Origin: Malacoraja senta
Taxonomy: Eukaryota
DNA length: 64,000 nt
Direction of reading: 5' to 3'
NCBI GenBank assembly: GCA_038087875.1
Contig: CM075994.1
Span: 10,604,001 to 10,668,000, forward strand
The position numbers and the translations under genes are program-made. The notes below the pieces were generated by a model. It was not told where the DNA came from and did no database searches. It worked only from the letters and a program-made list of their open reading frames with translations. Below, piece by piece: positions 49,026 through 60,834 of this stretch; positions within the stretch are counted from its first letter, which is position 1, and each line of letters opens with the position of its first letter.

Positions 49026-50187
49026 CTTTGTTAGGGGCACCAGCATCACTGAACCCGAGGGTGGGCGGCCATCTTAATTGGGGGCAGAAGTGTTACTGCA
49101 TCCTTGGTTAGGCGGCCATCTTAGTTAGGGGCAGAAGTGTCACTGAACCCGAGGGTGGGCGGCCATCTTTGTTAGGGGCACGAGTCTCGCTGAACCCGAG
49201 CGTAAGCGGCCATCTTTGTTAGGGTCACGAGTCTCACTGAGCCCGAGGGGAGACGGCCATCTTGTTAAGGGCGAAGGAAATAGGTAACGTTTCGGGCCGA
49301 AACCCTTCTTCAGACTGATAGGGGGTGGGGAGAAGAAAGGAAAAAGGAAAAAGGCGGAGGAGGAGCCCGAGGGCTGGGGGATGGGAGGAGACAACCAGAG
49401 GGCTGATGAAGGGGAGGGACAGCAAGGGCTAGCAGAATTGGGAGAATTCAATGTTCAAGCCCCAGGATGTAGACTGCCCAAGCGGAATATGAGGTGCATT
49501 TCCTCCAATTTACGGTGTTTAGGGAGACCGCCATCTTTGTTAGGGGTACACAAAAATGCTGGAGTAACTCAGCGGGTGTAGCAGCATCTATGGAGCGAAG
49601 GAAACAGGCAACGTTTCGGGCCGAAACCCTTCAGGAAGGGGGGAGAGGAGGGGGTAGAGAGGAGGGTAGAGAGGAGGAGGATAGAGGAGAGGGGTGGAGA
49701 GAGGAAGGAAAGGATGGGGGAGAGAGGTGAAGGGGGGGGGGGGGTTGGAGCGGGCGTGCATGAGTCGAGTCGCGGGCTGTGAAGAGAGAAGGGCAGAGAG
49801 AGAGAGGGGAGAGACATAGAGACTGGTACACAAAAAAATGCTGGAGAAACTCAGCGGGTGCAGCAGCATCTATGGGGCGAAGGAAATAGGCAACGCTTTG
49901 GCCCGAAAACACATCTTTAGAAGTGTTTCGTTTCAAAACGTTGCCTATTTACTTCGATCCATAGATGCTGCTACATTCTATGAGTTTTTCCAATTTTTTT
50001 TTGTGTACCTTCGAATTTTGTTAGGGGCACGAGTCTCACTGAATCCTAGGGTGGGCGGCCATCTTTATTAGGGGCACGAGTCTCACCTGAATCGGAGGTG
50101 AGACGGCCATCTTTGTTAGGGGCACGAGCATCCCTGAACCCGAGGGGAGGTGGCCATCTTAATAGGGGGCAGAAGTGTTACTGAATC

Positions 50188-51805
50188 TCTCCGCGGATTC
50201 CACTCTCTAGGCCCTCACCCCCTCATCTTCACCATGGACGTCCAGTTACTCTACACCTCCATCCCCCACCAGGATGGTCTCGAAGCCCTCCGGTTTTTCC
50301 TCAATCAGAGAAGCAACCTATACCCGGCCACTGACACCCTCCTCCTCCGCCTAGCGGAGCTCGTCCTTACCCTCAATAACTTCTCGTTTTACTCCTCCCA
50401 TTTCCTCCAAATACAAGGCGTAGCTATGGGCACACGCATGGGCCCCAGCTACGCCTGCCTCTTTGTCGGGTACGTAGAACAATCCTTGTTCAATGCGTAC
50501 CAGGGCCCCATCCCCGACCTCTACCTCCGCTACATCGATGATTGTTTTGGTGCCACATCCTGCACCCACACACAACTGACTGACTTCATCCGCTTCACCA
50601 CCAACTTCCATCCGGCACTCAAATACACCTGGACCATTTCCGACACTTCCCTACCATTCCTTGACCTCACTATCTCCATCGCAGGTGATAGACTTCATAC
50701 CGACATCCACTACAAACCTACCGACTCCCATGGCTATCTGGACTACACTTCTTCCCACCCTGCTTCCTGTAAGGACTCCATCCCCCACTCCCAATTCTTC
50801 CGTCTACGCCGCATCTGCTCCAGGATGAGGCGTTCCACATCAGGGCATCCGAAATGTCCTCATTCTTCAGGGAACGGGGTTCCCTCCTCCACCATAGATG
50901 AGGCTCGCACCAGGGTCTCTGCCATACCCCGCAACACTGCTCTCTCTCCCCATCCCCCCACTCACAACAAGGGCAGAGTCCTCCTAGTCCGCACCTTTCA
51001 CCCCATCAGCCGTCACATACAACAAGTGATCCTCCGTCAGTTTCGCCACCTCCAACGTGACCCCACCACTCGCCACATCTTCCCATCTCCCCCATGTCTG
51101 CCTTCCGCAAAGACCGCTCCCTCTGTAACTCCCTTGTCAATTCTTCCCTTCCCTCCCATACCACCCCCTCCCCGGGTACTTTCCCTTGCACCTTGCAACC
51201 GCAAGAGATGCAACACTTGTCCCTTCACCTCCCCCTCGACTCCATTCAAGGACCCAAGCAGTCGTTCCAGGTGCGACAGAGGTTCACCTGCATCTCCTCC
51301 AACCTCATCTATTGCATCCGCTGCTCTAGATGTCAGCTGATCTACATCGGTGAGACCAAGCGGAGGCTTGGCGATCGTTTCGCCGAACGCCTCCGGTCGG
51401 TCTGCAATAACCAACCTGACCTCCCGGTGGCTCAGCACTTAAACTCCCCCTCCCATTCCGTATCTGACCTCTCTGTCCTGGGTCTCCTCCATGGCCACAG
51501 CGAGCAACACCGGATATGGAGGAAATGCACCTCATATTCCGCTTGGGCAGTCTACATCCTGGGGGCATGAACATTGAATTCTCCCAATTCTGCTAGCCCT
51601 TGCTGTCCCCTCCCCTTCATCAGCCTCTGGTTGTCTCCTCCCATCCCCTAGCCCTCGGGCTCCCCTCTGCCTTTTTTCCTTTTTTCCTTTCTTCTCCCCA
51701 CCCCCTATCAGTCTGAAGAAGGGTTTCGGCCCGAAACGTTGCCTATTTCCTTCGCTCCATAGATGCAGCTGCAGCCGCTGAGTTTCTCCAGCATTTTTGT
51801 GTACC
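50188..51805 (+). mobile_element. Penelope-like retroelement (Neptune-type Cys linker), 5'-truncated, RT plus GIY-YIG, frameshifted
   Basis: MDVQLLYTSIPH, GVAMGTRMGPSYA, YLRYIDD, PCNRKRCNTCP, LIYCIRC...IYIGET; 10-bp duplication TTACTGAATC at 50178-50187 and 51806-51815. Confidence 0.93.
51713..51740 (+). ncRNA. Minimal type I hammerhead motif at the 3' end of the long Penelope copy (same variant on minus at 48344-48374 and 49286-49316)
   Basis: CUGAAGA-A-GGGU(UUCG)GCCC-GAAA-CG-UU. Confidence 0.7.
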
Positions 51806-54800
51806 TTACTGAATCCTAGGTTAGGCGGCCATCTTTGTTAGGGGCAGAAGTGTCATTGAACCCGAGGGTAGGCGGCCATTTTATTAGGGGCACGAGTCTC
51901 ACTCAACCCGAGGGGAGACGGCCATCTTGTTAGGGGCACCAGCATCACTGAATCCTAGGGTAAGCGGCCATCTTTGTTAGGGGCTCGAGTCTCACTGAAC
52001 CCGAGGGTAGGCGGCCATCTTAGTTTGGGGCAGAAGTGTCACTGAACCTGAGGGGAGACGGCCCTTAGTTAGGGGCACTGAACCCAACTGCCATGAGGGA
52101 CTCGCGGCCTAGGACCTTTTGTGCCGGGTTTCCAGCCGCAACCCTAAGACCCTCCACCTGCCCCTTCCGCAGCAGGGACAGAGTCCCCCGCGTCCCGCCT
52201 TCCACCCCCATCAGCCGTCGCATACAGCATATATCCTCCCAACACTTTCGCTACCACCAACGGGATCCCACTACTGGCCACATCTTCCCATCTCCACCCT
52301 TTCTGCTGTCTGCAGAGACAGTTCCCCCCGCAACTCTTGAACACTCTGGAATTTAGAAGGCTGAGAGGGCATCTTATCAGGACTGCCAAAATTGGGTGAG
52401 AGTTTAGAGTGAGAAATTGTGAAGGAGCATAGCGACCGAGGGGGGAAGGTGTCCCCCCTCCCACGGTAGGGAACTTTTGCATTTTCAGCTTTGAAATTGT
52501 GCAATCTGGTGCACACTGTCGCAAGTCTTTTAACTTACACTTGAATGCAACATTTATGCTTCAAATTGGATTAGGTAAGAATACAGTTAGGCTAAATTGC
52601 ATTCCTAATTACATTCCAACTGTAGAGCCAGGCTCTGATCAACAGGTGCAGCACATGAATGACCTTAGTATATTCATGTATGAAATCAGATTATAATTCA
52701 TGCTGTTATGCATATATATATATAGAGAAACAAAAACATAGAAACAAGGCAGAATGGAGTGGCAGGGCTTGTATAGTCTGGAGTTTATAAGGATGAGAGG
52801 GAATCTTATTGAAACATACAAGAGTATAATGGTTTGGACACACTAGAGGCAGGAAACATGTTCCCGAACCAGGGGCCACAGTTTAAGAATAAGGGGTAAG
52901 CATTTAGAACGGAGACGAGGAACACTTTTTCTCTGCCTCAGAGGGCGGTGGAGGCCGGTTTCTCTGGATACGTTCAAGAAAGAGCGAGATAGGCTCTTAA
53001 AGATAGCGGTGTCAGGGAATATGGGGAGAAGGCAGGAATGGGGTACCGATCGGGGATGATCAGCCATGATCACATTGGCTCAAAAGGCCAAATGGCCTAC
53101 TCCTGCACCTATTGTCTATTATTGACCTCCATCTCCCAAAGTGAATGCACAGACTGGTAATTCAATTGGCCATTGTAAATTAGTGAGTAAAATTACTGTA
53201 ATCTAATGTGCAGGCGAGCGATAGAAAATAAAGGGATTTGATGGGCAAGTGGAGAGAATATGTTCCAGAGAAAATTATTTTACGAATGGTATTGGTTTGT
53301 GAAACTGGCAAAATGGCCTCCATTTATATCTTAAAGAAATACAGATAGTTATGAACTACAACACTAAAGACAATGACAGTTCCGTCTCCCCTTTTCTCCC
53401 TGAAAACTGAAACTGCTGGGTTCCTCCAGCGGTTTTTTTTTCTCTCCAGATTTCAGCATCTGCAGTCTCCTGTGTCTATTGACCTCATGCTGGAAGACAT
53501 CATTGGGGTGGAAAATTCTAGAGTCAAGAGTATTTTATTGTCATATGTCCTGGATGGGACAAAGAAATTCTTTCTTGCTGCATCACAACAGAATATGTGA
53601 ATATGTAAACATTGTACATAACAGGGGCAAAAAAAAAGAAAACTGTTCAATAAATAACAAATATAGTGCAAATAACAAATAATAATCTAGTCTTTTGCAG
53701 TTCAGAGCTCATAGCTCATTCGTTGTGTTTAATAGCCTGATGACTGTGGGAAGTAGCTGTTCCTGAACCTGGACGTTACAGTTTTCAGGCTCCTGTGCTT
53801 TCTTCCTAATGGCAGTGGCGAGATGAGTTAGAGTTGTGAAGTTGTGCAATTCTCTGCCACAGAAGCAGTGGAGGCCAATTCACTGGATGAATTTCAAAGT
53901 GAGTTAGATAGAGTTCTAGGGGTAGTGGAATCAAGGGATATGGGGAGAAGGCAGCACGGGTTACTGATTGTGGATTATCAGCCACGATCACAAGGAATGG
54001 CAGTGCTGGCTCGAAGGGGCCAAATGGCCTCCTCCTGAATGTTTTTTCTATGTTTAAGAAGGAACTGCAGATGCTGGAACAATCAAAGGTAGACAAAGTG
54101 CTGGAGAAACTCAGCGGGTGAGGCAGCATCTATGGAGCGAAGGAATGGGTGACGTTTCGGGTCTCAAAGCATTCTGTAACATTTTTGTCTACCTTCTAGG
54201 TTTCTTTTTCAATTAGACAGGCACAGTGAGCAAGAAGAGATTATAGCATTATGTGCGCTGAATCTGTATAATGAGGACTGGAGACGAGTATCTCAGACCA
54301 TACAAAATGTTCACAGCTCTGCATTGGGACTTAAACTTGCAATCTTTTGCCTTAGAAGTGTGAGTTCCACTCGCTGAGCCCCAGCTGACACTGGGGATTA
54401 TAAATGAAGCAAAAAAAGGACAGAATGCATAATTTTGAAGCACAGTGTAGCCTATTAGAAATTATTGCAGCAGACACAAAATGGCTGATACAACCTCAGC
54501 TGTGAGAAAGTGGACTCGCTTAAATTTAGCAGCGCAGGCCGACATTTCGAAGTAGGTTGCCAAGGAAACAAGGACGTGAATTCCTTGGCAGCTCACCAGA
54601 TGGGAACAGAGTGAGAAATTGAAAGAAATGTGTCTTTCATTGGCTGTATTCAGAACAAGAGAGTAGAATAGACCAGAATGTTTTGGGGGGGGTGATAGTT
54701 ACACCTTTAATTGGTAAAACTGAAAAAAATAACAGTCAACAAGAGGCTTACACAGCATTGGACTAAAATTAAATCTGGGAGAGGATCTTTCCCCTTGTAA

Positions 54801-54835
54801 GCAGTCTGTAACTGTAATACTATAATGCTGTAACC

Positions 54836-55445
54836 TCCCAGGTGGAGGTAGAGGTTCACGTGCACCTCCTCAAACCTCATCTACTGTATCCGCTGTTCCA
54901 GGTGTCAACTTCTCTACATCGGCGAGATCAGAGTGCAGGCTCGGCGATCGTTTCAATGAACACCTCCACTCAGTCCGTTTTAACCTACCGGTGGCTCAGC
55001 ACTTTAACTCCCCCTCCCCCCCATTCCCACACTGACCTTTCTGTCCTGGGCCTCCTCCATTGTCAGCAAAGATCTTAGAGCGGAGCTCTAGGGGCTAGAT
55101 CTAAGATCTTTGATCGTCAGAGTGAGGCCCAGCACAAATTGGAGGAACAGCACCTCATATTTCGCTTGGGTAGTTTACACCCAGCGGTATGAACATTGAC
55201 TTCTCTAACTTCAGATAGCCCTTGCTTTCTCTCTCTCTCTCTCTCTCCCATTCCCAGTTCTTCCACTAGTCTTACTGTCTCCAACTACATTCTATATTTT
55301 TTCCGTCCCCTCCCCCGACATCAGTCTGAAGGATTTCGACCCAAACGTCGCCCATTCCTTCTCTCAGGGATGCTGCCTCACTCGCTGAGTTACTCCAGCA
55401 TTTGTTCTACCTTCGATTTAAACTAGCATTTGCAGTTCTCTTACA
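54836..55445 (+). mobile_element. Older Penelope 3' fragment interrupted by a 46-bp MITE
   Basis: GIY-YIG-region homology to 51270-51590; degenerate hammerhead at about 55326. Confidence 0.8.
55067..55112. mobile_element. 46-bp hAT-like MITE
   Basis: Perfect 13-bp TIR CAAAGATCTTAGA; 8-bp flanks ATTGTCAG/ATCGTCAG. Confidence 0.8.
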
Positions 55446-58400
55446 TTTTCTGTTCTCTGGCATTTTTCTATTTGCAGTACATACGTGTATTTATGTGTAG
55501 GTACACAAAAATGCTGGAGAAACTCAGCGGATGCAGCAGCATCTATGGAGCGAAGGAAATAGGCAACGTTTTGGGCCGAAACCCTTCTTCAGACTGATGG
55601 GGGGGTGGGGAGAAGAAAGGAAAAAGGTGGAGGAGCCCGAGGGATGGGAGGAGACAGCCTGAGGGCTGTATTTATGTGTAGTTTGATTGTATTCATTGGT
55701 GATTGTACAGCATACAAGTAGGCCATTCAGCCCAAGTTATTCCCACCGACCTGGTTTGTGGCATCGTTCTAGCATTTTAGTGCAGCGTAGGTTCACAGGG
55801 TTAATTTTCCGGGATGGTGGGGCTGTCATATGCTGAGATAATGGAGCCGCTGAGCTTGTATACACTGGAATTTAGGATGAGGGGGATCTTGACACATGTA
55901 AGATTATAAAGGGATTGGGACACGCTAGAGGCAGGAAACATGTTCCCGATGTTGGGGGAGTCCAGAACCAGGGGCCACAGTTTAAGAATGAGGTTAAGCC
56001 GTTTAGAACGGAGATGAGGAAAACGTTTTCACCTAGAATCTGTGGAATCTCTGCCTCAGAAGGCAGTGGAGGCCAATTCTCTGGATGCTTCCAAGAGAGA
56101 TAGAGCTCTTAAAGAGTCAGGTGATATGGGGGGAAGGAACGGGGTATTGATTTTTGATGATCAGCCATGATCACAGTGAATGGCGGTGCTTGGTCGAAGG
56201 GCCTACTCCTGCACTGTCTATTTGATTATGACAGCGTGCTTTCTGCCACCAGACCGAGTCTGGTCTGGTCTGTTCCTGTAGCAAGCAAACATAGATTCTC
56301 ACTGTATCTCAGTACACTTCACAATAACAAACTAACACCGGCGTCAGGATAATGAGTCGAGAATTTATGATGACCCCGACGAGGAATTGCTTCTCTTGGA
56401 AGAACTCTGAATCTTTGAATTCTCTTAACCAGGGGGGTGGAAACATTGAATATAATCAAAACCAAAGAGGCAGATTTGGAACTTGAGATCTGTTCCAGTG
56501 TCAAATTTAAAATACACAACCAGTTTGAATACAGCAGACGACTGAGACCTTAACGAGGTTCAGCGTGAGGAAATTTATACAAATACCCACCTTTTCCGCA
56601 GGCTCTGCCTGATGGCTGAATATTGCCTTTTATTCATACAAGGCTCTCATCTTTTGGGCGGGGTGTGCCCAAGTCACATAATCCAACTAAAAACATATTT
56701 TAACCATTTCCCATGGGATGGCATTATTTCACTTTATTCGACAGCTCTTCACAAACTCTCCTTTGTCAGATTTCCATTGCCCCTGTAAAATGCCAAGAGG
56801 TGTTTGAGATGCCAGGAATGCAGATACTGGAATTGTGATCAAAGTGCTGGAGGAACTTGGTAGTGATAGGAGCAGAATCAGGCTATTCGGGCCATCAAGT
56901 CTACTGCGCCATTCAATCATAGCCGATTAAAACATTTAAAAACACACAAACTTTTCCCCCGCAACACTCATTACACTGCGAGACTGAAGTCAGGGGTGGT
57001 TTACTGAAATGGGGATAGTTACGCTCCGGTGCGTACTACATGTCAGTCCATTGTATTTCGCAGAAGTGGACCATCTTGCTCTGCTCTTAGATCTTTGTGA
57101 GTGGTGGCGTTCCGACCAGAGGGCTTGAACGTCGGGCCTTTCGTAGCAGCGACTACAGAGGGTCAGGCCCCGACCACGGGGTGAACAAGGGAGGAGGACT
57201 GTCTGAACTGTATTGCCTTCCACCACAGTGAAGAATGCTGCGGTGGATGTCTGTGTTGAATGTATTGTGCTCTTTAATTGTAACACTGTGGTAAATTACA
57301 TTTCACTGCACAGTCCTCAGTGAAGACGGAAGCAGTAATTTATTCAGCTTTTACATTGGCAACCTCCGCTGCCACCAATGCAGGCCGAGTCAAGGGATTG
57401 TCCCACATATCCAAGTGCGTCCCAGCAGCCCTGGCTCATTGATTTTTCGGATCGGCGAGTATTAGCCCAATATTTTGCACTGATAGTTTCACCATATTAA
57501 ACTGATGCAAATGAAACAACCAGTTGAGAGCCTTGTGATTACAATTCCACACGTTAGAACATAGAAATAGGTGCAGGAGGAGGCCATTCGACCCTTCGAG
57601 CCAGCACCGCCATTCATTGTGATCATGGCTGATCGTCCCAATCAACAACCCGTGCCTGCCTTCTCCACATATCCCTTGATTCCACTAGCCCCTAGAGCTC
57701 TATCTAACTCTCTTAAATCCATCAGTAATTTGGCCTCCACTGCCCTCTGTGGCAGGGAATTCTACAAATTCACAACTCTCTGAGTGACATTTTTTTTTCT
57801 CACCTCAGTCTTAAATGACCTCCCTTTTATTCTAAGACTGTGGCCCCTGGTTCTGGACTCGCCCAACATTGGGAACATTTTTCCTGCATCTAGCTTGTCC
57901 AGTCCTCTAATAGTCACTGCCCAACATCCAGATATGTAAACATACACAGGCCACTGAAAATGCAAAAAAAGGTTTATTCGTCTGTTAAGAAACAGGCTTG
58001 CTCGACACTTTTCAATATGAAAAAAAGGAAAGGATTCAAAGTGGTGAAAAACATGAGAAAAGTCCACAAGACAAAGATTGAAAAGTGCTCAGCAAGTAGT
58101 GTAGAAACAAGCTCGACAGCTTCCTGGTCAAAATTTTAAGCAGTGGAGTTTTGGCTCAACACCACGAAACAGGCACCATTTACAAAGTGGTTGCAACGCA
58201 AAAAATGGCCTCAGATCTCAGGTGTCCTTCCAGTAACCTTGTACATCATTCACAACCAAAATATCAGATCAGTAAAACAATGATCCTCAATTTGCTTTTG
58301 CATTGAGGAATCAGATGTCACCCATCTTCATTTCTCACTCAACAGAAAAACCCCAAAACATGGAACATGGGAGGAAAATTACAATGTATGAACTTTGAAT

Positions 58401-58753
58401 TTCAACCACAGACAGTTCAAGTTAAGAGTACAAAGTTTAAGAACAGGATCAAGGTCAAAGCAAAATTTTGCTGGATTCGAGGTTGTCTGGCAAACTTGTT
58501 GGACACCAGGCACAATGGTACTGGAATTGCAAATATCCCCTCTCCGCGAGAAATAATGAGCGAAAACAAACACTGGTTAAATTCAGTAGCAAATCAGTCA
58601 TCTGGCTTTCTATACCCAACAATAAATTTGTAGAGATGGTCCCATATCAGATTTACAAACATTCACTGGGCAAGACTGTGGGATGATTTGTGGTTAGAGT
58701 TAAGGATACAAAGCAGGTGGCATGATGAGGAAAGCAGATTGAAACTTCTAAGG

Positions 58754-59172
58754 CAGGGGTTGGCAACCTTGTTCTGCATAGGGGCCGGGACGCATGTTTG
58801 TGAGCGGATGGCGGGCCACATCTATCACGCGTACACATGGATTCCGCCCCTTCGAGGACGCCACTCATACTCGCTCGTTCCCGGCCTATTGACATCCCCG
58901 ACCAAAGATCGTAGAGCGGATCTTTGATCCCGACAGTGAAGCCGAGACAAAGAAGGTGCGTGGCCGTGCTAGCGGCTGCGCGCAGGATGCGGTACAGCCA
59001 GAGCTCGGTGCTGCTCGACGGCAGCTCCGCCATCGCATCACCACGACCTCGTGAGGTACGAAACGATGGAAGTCTGCGTACCGGATAATTACGGGGGGGG
59101 GGGGGGGGGGGGGGGGGGGAGAAGCCTGCGGGCCGGATTCGGCCCGGGGGCCAAAGGATGCCGACCCCCCCA
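58754..59172. mobile_element. Non-autonomous hAT (Charlie-like ends) carrying a CYB561D-like coding fragment (minus, about 58930-59033)
   Basis: Ends CAGGGGTTGGCAAC / GATGCCGACCCC; flanks TTCTAAGG/TTCGAAGG; internal MAELPSSSTELWLYRILRAAASTATHLLCLGFTV. Confidence 0.75.
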
Positions 59173-59404
59173 TTCGAAGGTGACCAGAGCAATCAATGAC
59201 TTGGTATGAAAGCGAAGTACCCCAAATGAGAAATAAAAAGCATTGTGACATACCAACAATCGAATGCAGGGCAGAATTTGTGGGGTTTATTGAAAGGGGG
59301 GGGGTGGGGATTTAAGTCCCACCAACAAAGTACACAATGTTTTCTGTAAGTGTCGGCCAAAATAAGACTGGTTCATTGGAATCCGAATTATCTACCACCG
59401 AGAT

Positions 59405-59980
59405 TAGAGGTCGGCAAACCTTTCTGCCAAGGGCCGGACATGTCTGTGAGCGGATGGCGGGCACATCTATCACGCGTACACATGGATCCTGCCCCGGATG
59501 GCCGGCATCAAACCAGGTGTTCACATAGATCCCGCCCCTTCGAGGACGCACTGGCCCCCAGTTACGGGCGCTCGCCAACATGGCTCACCCACGGACCATT
59601 GCCTTGGCTACGTCCTGAAGGCGGTGGCTCGAATACTTACACTCACTCGTCCCCGGCCTACTGACAACCCCGATCCCGACAGTGAAGCCCAGACACAGAA
59701 GGCGCCGTGCGGCGGCTTTGCGCAGGATGCGGGACAGCCAAATCACATTCCAGGTTCTGGAGGTAGGGGAAAAAAAATGGTGGAAAAACTTCTAAAACAT
59801 GTTTTTTCTTTCTACCATCGATTATTCCAGCATCTGCAGTTCTTTGTTAAACATTCCAGGTACCGAGATGGCGGACGTCTGCGGACCTGGGATGATTGAG
59901 GGGGAAAAAAAACAAAAAACAAAACGCCTGTGGTTACGGGCCGGATTCGGCCCGGGGGGGCCGTAGGTTGCCGACCCCTG
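59405..59980. mobile_element. Second, diverged copy of the same hAT family with a decayed CYB561D-like fragment
   Basis: Ends TAGAGGTCGGCAAAC / GTTGCCGACCCCTG; shared internal GATCCCGACAGTGAAGCC.AGACA.AGAAGG...GCGCAGGATGCGG.ACAGCCA. Confidence 0.72.
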
Positions 59981-60543
59981 ACCTAGGCACTAACGATTGG
60001 GCAAGGTGACTTCACATGCCCAGCAACAGAATGACTGTGCAAATCATTGATCTCACGATCTCCGTGTTTCCATTCACTGATGTCAAATTAGTATCATTGA
60101 AGTGTTTGCCAGAAACCATCAGCATATCCAATGTTTGCCCAGCCCAGTATTGCCAAACCAACCACACAGCTGTACTAAAGATGTATCTAATGACCTGATA
60201 CAGGGGGAAAAATGGCTCAGAAACAGTCAAAACAAAGACTTGAGGAATACTGCAGCACAGGGCTCGAGTTCACCACAGGAGTTGAGGGCAGTCTAAATTT
60301 ATACTTGCACTGCGCATGGATATTGGATTTACAGATCAGAAAGAGCCCACATCTGTCTGATCTGTAGTAGGCTCCCCGGCTTCCACTGGTGGCTGGGTTC
60401 ACTCATCTGAATGATTGAGACTTAAAGTTTCTAGTTGGCTCCCTCCCTCTTCCCCCCCCCCCCCCCATGTAAAATGTGCAACATTCTTGTCCCTTCCTCA
60501 GATTTGATCGCATCCGATTAATAAGCCACTTTCAAATCATTAA

Positions 60544-60834
60544 AGGGCCTGTCCCACTTGGCGATTTTTTTTCGGCGACTGCCGGCATCGTTGACTGACG
60601 TATCAGGTCACGCAAAATACGCGGCGTGATGACGATTTTTTCAGCGACTGCCGGCATCATTGACTGACGTATCAGGTCACCGGAAAATACGCGACGTATG
60701 ACGCGCAGTGTTTTTTTCAAGTGTCGCAACATTTTTTTGTTGCCGCTGGATTTTTGAAATGTTCACAATCTTTCGGCGACACTGATACGACGTCGGTAGT
60801 CGCCGAAAAAAAATCACCAAGTGGGACAGGCCCT
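60544..60834. mobile_element. PIF/Harbinger-type MITE
   Basis: TIR AGGGCCTGTCCCACTTGG.GATTTTTTTTCGGCGACT; TAA on both sides; internal tandem duplication. Confidence 0.85.

Larger units (their letters stand above)
49017..52085. repeat. 47-bp minisatellite with one GGCCATCTT (YY1-type) motif per unit, about 15 units in four blocks split by insertions
   Basis: Unit GGCGGCCATCTTTGTTAGGGGCACGAGTCTCACTGAACCCGAGGGTG; CCAT cores at 49022, 49069, 49116, 49163, 49210, 49257; further blocks near 49530, 50020-50187 and 51806-52085. Confidence 0.9.

Noticed and set aside
49017..52085. 47-bp and 66-bp regular repeats as CRISPR arrays
   Set aside because: Eukaryotic context, no unique spacers, no cas genes; they are tandem repeats
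58653..59192. 179-aa ORF as an intact CYB561D gene
   Set aside because: Only about 34 codons are homologous, there is no splice donor, and it is enclosed by transposon ends
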